This document shows positions 1 to 13,000 of a DNA stretch of 28,476 nt, one piece after another. The DNA is from Macrostomum lignano (lineage: Eukaryota): positions 1 through 28,476 of the forward strand of contig NIVC01004101.1 in assembly GCA_002269645.1 (NCBI GenBank). The letters are read 5' to 3'. Position 1 is the stretch's first letter; each line of letters starts with the position of its first letter. A program made the translations under genes and the position numbers. Under the pieces are notes generated by a model. That model searched no databases and was not told the DNA's origin. It saw nothing but the letters and a program-made list of their open reading frames with translations.

Positions 1-2668
1 ATGCTACATCCTGCGCCCTTGGGCCTACTCAATCTGGGAGATGGTGCAGCGCTACGTTGACGACCGCATCAAGGGCATGGGCGTGCAGAATGTCTACTTC
101 CCCATGTTCGTGTCGAACGCTGCTCTGGAGAAGGAGAAGACCCACATCACCGACTTCGCTCCCGAGGTTGCATGGGTGACGCGAAGCGGCCGGTCCGACC
201 TGGCCGAGCCCATCGCCATCCGGCCAACCTCCGAGACCGTCATGTACCCGTCATTTGCCAAGTGGATCCAGAGCTACAGGGACCTGCCGCTCAAGGTTAA
301 CCAGTGGAACAACGTTGTCAGGTGGGAGTTCAAGCACCCGCAGCCGTTCCTGCGCACCAGGGAGTTCCTCTGGCACGAGGGCCACACGGCGTTTGCCACG
401 CGAGAGGAGGCGGAGGTGGAGGTGAGCAATTACCGAATGCTGGCGAACACATTTGAGAAAATTTGAACACCTGAGTAACATTATGTGGGATTTTTATTTG
501 GGATCTAGGATTGGAGATCTGGGATCGGAGATCTGGGATCGGAGATCTGGGATCGGAGATCTGGGATCGGAGATCTGGGATCGGAGATCTGGGATCGGAG
601 ATCTGGGATCGGAGATCTGGGATCGGAGATCTGGGATCGGAGATCTGGGATCGGAGATCTGGGATCGGAGATCTGGGATCGGAGATCTGGGATCGGAGAT
701 CTGGGATCGGAGATCTGGGATCGGAGATCTGGGATCGGAGATCTGGGATCGGAGATCTGGGATCGGAGATCTGGGATCGGAGATCTGGGATCGGAGATCT
801 GGGATCGGAGATCTGGGATCGGAGATCTGGGATCGGAGATCTGGGATCGGAGATCTGGGATCGGAGATCTGGGATCGGAGATCTGGGATCGGAGATCTGG
901 GATCGGAGATCTGGGATCGGAGATCTGGGATCGGAGATCTGGGATCGGAGATCTGGGATCGGAGATCTGGGATCGGAGATCTGGGATCGGAGATCTGGGA
1001 TCGGAGATCTGGGATCGGAGATCTGGGATCGGAGATCTGGGATCGGAGATCTGGGATCGGAGATCTGGGATCGGAGATCTGGGATCGGAGATCTGGGATC
1101 GGAGATCTGGGATCGGAGATCTGGGATCGGAGATCTGGGATCGGAGATCTGGGATCGGAGATCTGGGACCTCATTAACGCAACCAGCCCGCCGCTGCCGT
1201 CCGCCCAGGTGATGGAGATCCTGGCCATGTACGAATACGTGTACGAGAACCTGATGGCCGTCCCGGTCATCAAGGGCCGCAAGACCGAAAAGGAGAAGTT
1301 CGCCGGCGGCGACTACACCACCACCGTGGAGGTGTACATCGGCGCCAGCGGTCGCGCAATCCAGGGCGCCACCAGCCACCACCTGGGCCAGAACTTCTCC
1401 CAAATGTTCGACATCGTGTTCGAGGACCCGGCCACCGGCGAGAAGCGCCACGTACACCAGAACTCCTGGGCCATCACCACCCGGTCCATTGGCGTCATGG
1501 TGATGGTCCACGGCGACGACAAAGGCCTGGTGCTGCCACCCGCCTGGCCGCCCACCAGCTGGTGCTGGTGCCCTGCGGCCTCACCGTGCGCACAACCGAG
1601 GAGGCGAAGCGCGCCCTGCTGGACAAGTGCAATTCGCTAGCTGCCGAGCTGCGCGCCTGCGGCCTGCGGGTGCATGCGGACCTGCGAGAGCACTACTCGC
1701 CCGGCTGGAAGTTCAACCACTGGAGCTCAAGGGAGTCCCAGTCAGGATCGAAGTTGGGCCAAGGGACATGGCGGCCAAGCAGGTGCGTTCGCTGCTTCTT
1801 TTACATGTACTAACCCATCAATCTCTCCTCCTAATTACCCATCCCAATCTCATCCATCGCAATCTCACCCCATCTCAATCTCACCCCATCTCAATCTCAC
1901 CCATCTCAATCTCACCCCATCCTAATCTCACCCCATCCCAATCTCATCCCAATCTCACCTATCCGTCCTAATCTCACCCATCCAAATCTCATCCATCCCA
2001 ATCTGATCATCCCAATCTCACCCATCCAAATATCATCCATCCCAATCTCACCCCACCCCAATCTCATCCATCCCAATCTCACCCATCTCAATCTCACCCA
2101 TCCGTTCTAATCTCACCCATCCAAATATCATCCATCCCAATCTCACCCCACCCCAATCTCATCCATCTCAATCTCACCCATCCGTTCTAATCTCACCCAT
2201 CCCAATCTTATCCATCCCAATCTTACCCTGACCCGAACCCGCACTCTCCATACCGAAGGTGGTGGCGGCCATCCGGTACTCCGGTGAGAAGCGCACCCTG
2301 CCAGAGGAGGGCCTGGCCGCCAGTCTGCAGGCCCTGCTGGACTCGGTGCAGTCCGAGATGTTCGCCCGCGCCAAGGCGGAGCAGGACGCGCGCCTGTCCG
2401 TGTGCCCGGACCTGGCCTCCCTGTGCGCCGCACTGGACAAGCAGCACCTCATCCTGGCGCCATTCTGCGGCGACCCCGACTGCGAGGACCTCATCAAGAA
2501 GGACAGCGCGCGCAACGCCATTGTAGAAGAGGGCGCCCCGTCCATGGGCGCCAAGAGTTTGTGCATCCCTTCAACCAGCCGGACGAGATCGGGCCGGACA
2601 CAAAGTGCGTGCATTCCCATTGCGGCCGCAAGCCCCAATTCTACACCCTTTTCGGCCGCAGCTACTGA
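1..2668 (+). CDS. EPRS1: Cytosolic prolyl-tRNA synthetase (ProRS domain of EPRS type), 5'-truncated. Exons <1..421, 1209..1782, 2259..2668; three apparent 1-bp deletions
   Basis: Frame 2 from base 2 reads [13 protein letters not shown]...YFPMFVS...FAPEVAWVT...[11 protein letters not shown]...[20 protein letters not shown]. Exon 2 has [25 protein letters not shown] and SPGWKFNHW(E)LKGVP. Exon 3 has [19 protein letters not shown](F) and ends TLFGRSY*, the eukaryote-type ProRS C-terminus. Phase-0 GT-AG introns 422..1208 and 1783..2258. Exon 2 (574 nt) and exon 3 (410 nt) become multiples of 3 after adding 2 and 1 bases (near 1540, 1722, 2568). Whether the gene is fused to GluRS cannot be seen because that part would lie upstream of the window. 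Confidence 0.95.
513..1168 (+). repeat. Minisatellite, 14-bp unit GGAGATCTGGGATC, 46 perfect copies plus one partial, in ProRS intron 1
   Basis: The unit starts at 513 and recurs in exact register to 1156 (513+14x46=1157), followed by a 12/14 partial copy. The overlapping ORF translations repeat without a single change. Confidence 0.98.
1838..2228 (+). repeat. Degenerate 15-16-bp C-rich minisatellite (CCATCYCAATCTCAY) in ProRS intron 2
   Basis: About 25 imperfect copies, almost G-free on the + strand. A longer block containing CCATCCAAATATCATCCATCCCAATCTCACCCCACCCCAATCTCATCCATC occurs twice. Confidence 0.95.
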
Positions 2669-3333
2669 ACGCGCTGCATGTTGTGCTTGAATTCAGCCCG
2701 CGTCACTGCCGCATAGCAACTGGAAATTCACCTTGGACTCAAATCCTGGCAGTTACTATGCGGCAGGATTGCTCTGTAGCAACGTTTTGGCCTTGAACTT
2801 TTAATATTATTATCATAGATATATTTCAAGTTAAAGGCTAATTTCTTTATTTTTGTCGAGTAACAATTATGAGTTCTCAGTTAAAGCCGGAAATTGAATC
2901 AGTCTCTCAGCTTCCCAATCTGCGCCGATTGTCCTTACAGCCCTGAGCACAGTTCACCTCGCCGCCTACTGTAAGCGCTATATACGGTATGCACTGTTGC
3001 CGCTCTGCTCTGCATCGGCTTCTGTGGCGGCTGCTTTTTTTTGCTAATTTCTTGTCCTAAATGTGCTGTCTTTGACCTGAAACTGTAGTGGTTGGAGCCG
3101 GACTGAGTCCACGACTGCTTATCTCATTGCTGTTGCTTTTGCATTACCAGCTAAGAAAAATTAGTTATTAAAATTGATCAATCAAAATGCTATGCAAGAT
3201 GCAGTACGTACTACTGTCAGTAGCTGGTGGCTGATTTAAAAATGTTCTGTTAGTCTTGGTTACGGAATCGGTTGTGATGCAGTCCTGTCTTCGATGATAC
3301 TGATATTGATACAATTATCGCAGCAACTTAGCA

Positions 3334-3339
3334 AATAAA
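3334..3339 (+). promoter_or_regulatory. Candidate polyadenylation signal for ProRS
   Basis: AATAAA about 670 nt downstream of the ProRS stop and before the intergenic minisatellite. Position is the only support. Confidence 0.3.
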
Positions 3340-3605
3340 ATACATTATCGAACCGTCTGGTTTTCTTCTGTGGGGCTCAGCTCAGTAACTGGTGTTTTTT
3401 CTGGAACAAACCATTGGCTTGGCTGCTTTTTAATTGCGATCTTGTCATTTTGCTGCTTTAGAGATTCTTTAGAGATTTCATAAACGCTATCGAATACATT
3501 TACGAGTGATTATGAGTATTAATCCGAATTAACACTAGATATAACGTAATAGGTTTTCCGTAAAAGTCAAATCAAGCTATACTTGAACTGTACAAGTACA
3601 AGCCG

Positions 3606-4688
3606 TAACAGCTCAGGAAACAGCTGTGGGTAGCGAGTGATCTGCTCAGGGAACAGGTGGCTAGCGGGTGTCTGCTCAGGTAACAGCTGTTGATCTGCTC
3701 AGGGAACAGGTGGCTAGCGGGTGTCTGCTCAGGTAACAGCTGTTGATCTGCTCAGGGAACAGGTGGCTAGCGGGTGTCTGCTCAGGTAACAGCTGTTGAT
3801 CTGCTCAGGGAACAGCTGTGGGTAGCGGGTGATCTGCTCAGGGAACAGGTGGCTAGCGGGTGTCTGCTCAGGTAACAGCTGTTGATCTGCTCAGGGAACA
3901 GCTGTGGGTAGCGGGTGATCTGCTCAGGGAACAGGTGGCTAGCGGGTGTCTGCTCAGGGAACAGGTGGGTAGCGGGTGATCTGCTCAGGGAACAGGTGGG
4001 TAGCGGGTGAGCTTCTCAGGGAACAGGTGGCTAGCGAGTGATCTGCTCAGGGAACAGCTGAGTAGCGGGTGATCTGCTCAGGGAACAGGTGGCTAGCGGG
4101 TGATCTGCTCAGGGAACAGGTGGGTAGCGGGTGAGCTTTTTTAGGGAACAGGTGGCTAGCGAGTGATCTGCTCAGGGAACAGCTGAGTAGCGGTTGATCT
4201 TCTCAGGGAACAGGTGGCTAGCGGGTGTCTGCTCAGGTAACAGCTGTTGATCTGCTCAGGGAACAGGTGGCTAGCGGGTGATCTTCTCAGGTAACAGCTG
4301 TTGATCTGCTCAGGGAACAGGTGGCTAGCGGGTGATCTTCTCAGGTAACAGCTGTTGATCTGCTCAGGGAACAGGTGGCTAGCGGGTGATCTGCTCAGGT
4401 AACAGCTGTTGATCTGCTCAGGGAACAGCTGTGGGTAGCGGGTGATCTGCTCAGGTAACAGCTGTTGATCTGCTCAGGGAACAGGTGGCTAGCGGGTTCT
4501 GCTCAGGTAACAGCTGTTGATCTGCTCAGGGAACAGGTGGCTAGCGGGTGATCTGCTCAGGTAACAGCTGTTGATCTGCTCAGGGAACAGGTGGCTAGCG
4601 GGTGATCTGCTCAGGTAACAGCTGATCTGCTCAGGAAACAGGTGGGCAGCGGGGGATCTGATCAGGCAACAGGTGGGGAGCGGCTGAG
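3606..4688. repeat. Modular minisatellite (23-33-bp units with core CTGCTCAGG[G/T]AACAG) between the convergent ProRS and alpha-tubulin genes
   Basis: About 35-40 units. The core is followed by one of a few tails (CTGTTGAT, GTGGCTAGCGGGTG[A]T, CTGTGGGTAGCGGGTGAT, CTGAGTAGCGG...). Both ends are degenerate. Confidence 0.96.
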
Positions 4689-4873
4689 AGTTGATTTCAA
4701 TTTGCTTTACATGTTTAACTTTAGTACTTGCCTCTATTTTATATCCATTCTCGAATTCTAAATCGTTTCCAACCAAAAGAAAGTGAAAATCAAAATCAGA
4801 GCTTTTTTGGTCACTACTCACTAGACGTCATAAACTGATCTTTGTTCGTCGCGAGAGTACGAGTATCTGGCTA

Positions 4874-4883
4874 TTTATTTATT
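4874..4883 (-). promoter_or_regulatory. Candidate polyadenylation signals for alpha-tubulin
   Basis: Two overlapping AATAAA hexamers on the - strand (TTTATTTATT on +), about 345 nt past the stop codon. Confidence 0.35.
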
Positions 4884-5224
4884 GCCGATGGGTCAATCGA
4901 TTATATTGGATTACGTCGGTAATATACAGTATATTGGATAATATTTTGCTTGCTGCAGAAAAAGCGACGTTAATTTGGTTAGAATTATAGTAGGAAACGC
5001 TACATACTACTGCCGTTGTATTAAAACTGGCTGAGTAAAAATCCGCAGTTTAAGTTGATTGAGGATAAAAAGTACAGCTACGAGTATAACACTGCAGATT
5101 ACGTACTATCTCAGCCTAACGGGGCTGGTTGCGGGCTTTGCAAGTTATTTCTCAGTTAATAAGTAAACAATTTTCGTCTAATTAGTCAGATTAAATCGCT
5201 GCTGTTAAGTTCGCAGAGCTCAGC

Positions 5225-6829
<1,605 letters not shown>

Positions 6830-9800
6830 GATTGCAGAATTTCAAGCTTTTAAACGATGAAATTAGCACAAACTAAATTGCTAAGCGATAGCGATAACTA
6901 TGAAGCTGTCAAGTTGTAGCAGTGCGCTGCAGTCTGAGGAGACGCGAAAGCTGCCGAGACGAAGTCTAAAAGCGGGGCAAACGAGGCTTCTTATGCTGGC
7001 GGGAGGGGCCCGCAGACTTGCCACCAACCCCTCCCGCCTGCCCCACCCCAGCGCGTTGCCATAGACAACGCTATCTAAAATGTATTGAGGAGGGGGTGGG
7101 TGTATATCTATCGACTGGCTAGGTTTCGCTATTTGCTTGATAGCAGAGCTGAGAGGGGTTTGAGTTCCCCCCCGCCACAGCGTTATCGATTTTTCTAGCG
7201 GGGGAATGGGACCTCTTACTGGTACGGACGAAAGTGTGGATTGGGGGGCTGGTGCCTGGGGTGACGGCTGCGAAGAGGAGACTCGGGATGTGCGTGCGTG
7301 CCTTGTGCACGGGCCGCGGAAAGGAGGGGTTTGTGTGCATTCAGGGTGATGCCAGAGCGAACGTTTCAGACTGAGTCAAGTCCTGTCCTGTGAAATCCGC
7401 CCTGTCCCCCTCCCTCACCCTTGCAGGCCTTGCCTTATTGATTTCGTTGCCGAACTGCCTGCCCCGCCCAATCCTTCCCTGGTTCACTGACTGACTGGCG
7501 TGGCCTCTGAATTTTCTGAGCTCATGGTCACTCACTTCGATGTCTCAGACAGAAGTACGTAATAAAAAATACAAGTTGCTCAGTATTCAGTATAGGATAA
7601 ATTGCTGCCAAAGCAAAACCAAGCTTTTGAATTTAAGTGCTTATTTGAGTTAAATGAATGCACTTTCGAGTTTTGAGTAGAATACGACTCATACGAGTAA
7701 ATGCTTTAGTTTAAAATGACAAATTTCTGTAAATGTTGTTGAAACGCTTGACAAAAAATAAGTCTGAATTTTTTTACTTTTCAGAAGACAAAAATTGACA
7801 AAAATAAGCTTTATTTTTTTACTTTTCAGAAGACGGCCCCTTTGGGTCTTCTGCAGGGACTCCTACAGATAGCAATCATAGCATATGATTGCATATGCTA
7901 TGGCCTATGATCATATCATAGGGGGGGGGGGGGCGGCAGTCCCGGCCAGGGTAATAGAGCAGTTTCATACGCTGAGGCAGTCTCATACGCCGTCTCATAG
8001 GCAGTCTCATACGCCTCAACTCAACTCCCCTCAGTCCCCTGAGTGCCGCGGAATGTAAATGCGAGCCCCGACCGCGAGGATATAAATTATTGCTTTTCCT
8101 GCCAGGCCAGTAAAAAACATCAAGAATCGAATATATATGGCAAAAATACTGCGCTAGATCACCACTCTTCACGTCTGTCAGCCCCTGCATTTGTACAGAA
8201 CAGAATGGAGAAGAGATCTGGGAGAGGAGAGGGAGCTCGCGGTCTGTCTATCGAGTCGGAGTCAAAACCATAAGTTTCCTTATGGCATGGCTGAGCAGCG
8301 GAAAATATCGATTTACTGTTGTACCATAGCTCTTTCCTCCATGGCTGCTTTTCTAGCTTTCTGGAGTCAGCTGCATAGACCACACACTCCGCTCCCGTTC
8401 TAATTCTATTAGAATTAAACTGCAGCAGTAGCAGGATGACAGTGGCAGCATGCAGTGTCCAGGGGCTCGTTGTCTCTTACATTGTTGAGGGAGGCCAGAA
8501 CATTAGCCATGGCACTGCAACTGCAAGTCTGCAACTTCTTTCTGCAAGCTTTGGACTGTCACTGCCAAGCCAACTCAGACGATTCCAACTGACTCAAGAA
8601 CGGGTGGTCCATGCCTCGATCCCCTTATGTCAAAAAGCATTTCGGCTGGGAAAGGGAAACTATAGCTAGCCCGTAGCTGAGATGTACAAATGAAATATGT
8701 ACATGAATTGCTTACAAATGGTACTTACGCTCGTACAATGCCTATATTCCTCCTATCTACGAGCGTACTCTTAAAACTTAATGTGCAGTTTGAGTAATTT
8801 TGCGAACGAAAGTAACTACTATGCAATCAAGCAACTCTTCAATTAACGTTAAGGCATGAGCAGCAGCTATCTAAATATACTAAATCTCTAAGGTTTGTAT
8901 GTTTGATTAGCTACTAAGCCTCGACAGTGGGCCAACCTGACAACCTCAACTGCAAGGCAGGCATTCTCAATAATACAGATAGTCTCAGCTCAAGCATTCA
9001 GTTGTCATCCAGACCAGACGCCGTCGGCACCTTCCCGCGTGCAGACAGTAGAAAAATTTGTGCAGTTTGAATAAATTTGCAATGGAAGTGGAAATAAAAC
9101 AGGAGTGTCTAGAACGATTTCTAATGCATAATATACTGATATAACAAATATTGGTGATTAACACGTTTAGTTTAGTCTGAATAAGCGTGCACATAGTCTG
9201 CGAGCGTTTTAGTTTTGTAATGTGCTGTAATGCGCTCGTAGTATGTATAGCTACGAGCCAAAAAGAGTGTTTCTATTTATAAACGAAAATTAAAATGTGA
9301 CCAATAAAAAAGATATTTAATTAATTGAATGACTCATTAATGAATTATAAATTCATTATAAATTCAGACAAAGACAAAGCGTCAAGTAACAAAAACTAAA
9401 CTGATCACTTGGTACAGTTGTGAATGAATATGCTAGCAAAGGGCTATTTTAAAAGTTAAAATTAAAAAAATTATTGCATGAGTGAACACCAATATTTTCT
9501 TTCCCATCTTTGGGATAATAGCTCCCACCGATTGAATCAGAGAAAAACAGATATAGCCACCATGCAGTGCAGCAGAGGGGCAAAAACGAGCTCTCATGAG
9601 CACAAGCGGGTTTGTTTAGACACTCCCAGAAACTTTGCAGGCTTTGATGGGCACCTCCAATCCTGGGTACGCCCCTGTTTGCTGTACGTAAGATGTAAGC
9701 TTCATAGCTATTGATTGCATTAGTGAGACAATCACTGCTAAAAAACAACTTTCCGGGTTAATCAAGCATCAAAGCATAAAATAAACGTCAGGTTACAGGC

Positions 9801-10043
9801 ACAAAGTCTTACGAATCGAATTGTTTGTCATTACCTCATAGGGCTCACAAAAATAACATTAGACGAAGCTGGAGAGCCAAAGCAGAAAACTAGAGTCCTC
9901 AGAAATTTCAGTCCCAAATACCTCAAAGAACTCCAACAAGAGGAGCGGCTGAACCAAAATAACAGTATAGAAATCTGTTGCACCTATTCGTCGGTCAAAA
10001 ACGTGCTGAGTTTAAAGTTAAATTATCCGACTCACTTCTGTCT

Positions 10044-13000
10044 CTACTGGCGCAGACTCCGCAGACTCTCGAGAGCCTCCTTCTCGCTGACGCTCTTCCA
10101 AGCGACCGGTAAATTATCGACAGGCTTTTTGTAGTACTCGCCAAGTTCTTTGACAAACGTTGCGCAGAACCACATCCAGAACTTGTTCCCGAAGTTACTT
10201 GGGTCTGGCTTGATATCCCAATATGGGAAGAAATCCTTGTAGTTCTTGTACGGATGATATTTTTCCACCTCTTCGCCTTCGGGTGCACATGATGAGGTCT
10301 TCACACTGTGCTTCCGGCAAATGATGCAGCGAAAGCTCCACCCGTCACAGGATACCTCCAATTCGCAATTTCGAAATACAAGTTGTTTTGAATCCTTTTC
10401 GTGCGTCCCTTTGACGCCCTGCGGTCTGTGCTGAATGCAGGTGTGAGGCGTTTTTTCGTTTTCATAGTGGTTGGCATCGTCTTTGCTGCATGGCTCAGAG
10501 CAGAATGGGCACTGCGCTGTGCAGCCCCAAAAACTCTTTAAAACCAGACGGTTGAGGGTTTCGCCCTGTGAGTCGCGATCAACTTCATAGATGGTAGTAA
10601 CTTTGTACTTTTCTATTGTTTGCACTCTGATTTGCTCAATCGCTGGTCGAAAAAAGTCAGTAAAGTCGGAAAGGTCGATGTTAGAGTCATTTGATGGCAA
10701 AGCCGTCTCCAAATCCTGTGGAAGAACTGCCAGCTCGGATTCCACATTCTCACAAAATTTCACAATCCACTGCTTCAGAGAGCCTGAAGACTCAGTGTGA
10801 GCTTTCTCATCAGCTCTGGTAACAACAACAAGTATGGGCTCGAGTAGCTCTCTCGCAGCTGCTAACAGTCTGCTTTCATCGCTTGATGACGGCTTTTGTG
10901 ACAGAAACTCGGGAATAAACTCATCAAGCCAATTCAGAGCAGCTGTCTCAGACTTGACAACATACCGCAATATTTTTTTGAACTTTCTCTTTCGTGAAAA
11001 GTCGTCCAGAATTCTCACGATCAGGTGAAACTTCCCATTTCCGATCTCGGCGATCAGCTTGGACTTCAGCTTCTCCTTCAGTCGCTGGTTGATTGCATCC
11101 TGTATCACTTTCTTCAGGTGGTCCCTGACATAATCAGCTGCAATCTTGGCTCCACTCTGTCTCCGAACCATGTTGAAGAACATGTTCCTGATGCGCTCTT
11201 TGATTTTGTCAGTTTTTGCCTTGATGCTGCAGCTGTCACGAAACCGTTGGTCGAATTCGACAAAGTGCGGATAGGCATAACGAAGAGCCAAAATGACCAC
11301 CTTGATTTCGAAAATGATGGTGGTGGTAGCTCTCTTAAAGTCGGTCAATTCTCGATTTAGACCATCAGCAACAACCTTCTGAACTCGGCTTGCATCAGTC
11401 TCTTCGAACCATCTGGTTGATTTGGAAATGTCGGCAACTTCTGTTTTAACTTGACGAAACACCCTGTTGCTGATTTCAGTCAGTTCACTTTTTGCTTCGT
11501 CCTTAGCATTTTCATTGGGGTCAGAGAAAATGAATCCCCCGGTAAAAGTACTGCCAAACTGTTGAGCTCTTTCCCTCTTTTTTAAGCGAATTTCAAAGAA
11601 GGAGTTATTGTCATTTTCAAAAAGCTGCTGCTCTGTCAGATCCGAAATCTCTTCCGCACGGCTTCCAGAGCAATGCTCGAAATTGAATTGATCAAGGTAG
11701 TCCCGTATCACTTGCCTCTCCTTAGGATAGCATTCGCGAAGGAAATTTTCGATTCTCGACAAAACCGATTCGCCATACTCTATCCTTTCAGGAGGCAAGT
11801 CGCCCAAAAACTTTTTCCAAAGGCTTTCAAACTTTTTCTCTACTTCATCATCAGGGCAGCCTTCGGGCATCTCTTCTGCAGCCTTCCTGGCCTCGATAAA
11901 AATGGCTTTCTCCCACTGGCTCTGCTTCGATTTCTGTTCTGTCTCAAGCAGCTGCAGATCACAGAACTGCTCCAGCTTCCTCGTGACTTCACCACCGAGC
12001 GACCTCACGTACTCAGACAGAGAATTGGCCTTGTTTGACTTCCACTGAATCGTCTGCTCACTGTAGGGGTTTTCGTCAAAGAATTTCATCAACCGGTCCA
12101 TTCCATTTGTCTCACAATTGTCTTGTAGACGATGCAGCTCTATCTTCAGCCTTTCCTTTGTTTGGTGAACACTTTTGGAAGTGGTGCATTTCTGGAGCTG
12201 GATTGACGCAGTCTTTGTCAGCCACTCATTGAGTTGGACGTCGCACCGACGCTTTACATCAAAGAATTCTGACTCCATGAGATTGTAGGCCTTCATCTCG
12301 ATGCTGTTTCGAAAGCTGAACACAAAGTCTTCGGACATGATGGCCGTCCACAGGTCCTTGATGCGGAGAGCAAAGTCATCAAATCCAAGAAAAGTCTTGT
12401 ACTTTTCATCCAGACAATGCAAAATGTGGGTTTTGATCTCAGTTACTTTGTGCGAATATCCGGGGTTCACGGTGCCATCGGAGGGTCTCCCAGCCACAAG
12501 TCCGACATGTAGAAAATATCTTTGTCACTGTCGAACGAGATAATGTCAGAGAAGCAGCGAACACTCGCAACCTTCTCTCCTTCGGCGGCTTCTCTTGTGA
12601 TTTTGTCCAAGTCCTCCTGCATCTTGCAATTCTGATCCATCATTTTCTCCTTCGCTCCAACTGCGGGCACATTCTGGTGAACAAAGATACACCTTCTGCG
12701 CAGATCCTGCATCCTGTTTGCCATCTTCATTCTGATGAAGGCGTGAACCACAATCTGCAGAATGTCTTTTATCTCTGCGCTGTTCTCGCCCTTCAGATTG
12801 ATTACAGTGACATCGCCCAAACCTAAAACAAGTGTGGCGAGCTCGTTGTCATGACGATACTTGTCAAGTCCGAGCTCAGGCGCCCTGAGTCCCTCAGTGT
12901 CGATCACGGCCACAAAGTCGAACTTACTCGAGCCAGGTTCGACAGGAACGAGCTGTAGAAAGGCGCCTCGAGTGCAGCGACCGGCGCTCACTGCGAACTT

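Noticed and set aside
330-1640. Long ORFs on both strands through the 14-bp array ([14 protein letters not shown] and [14 protein letters not shown] repeats)
   Set aside because: They arise because the unit has no stop codon. The array lies in a GT-AG intron whose removal joins ProRS seamlessly (EEAEVE|VMEILAMY).
3606-4688. CRISPR-like look (constant core with variable intervening sequence)
   Set aside because: The intervening parts are a few recurring related tails, not unique spacers. There are no cas genes and the context is eukaryotic.
8043-9748. Short ORFs (70-100 aa) between tubulin and VLIG
   Set aside because: No recognisable motifs, no consistent splice structure and no host-like codon bias.
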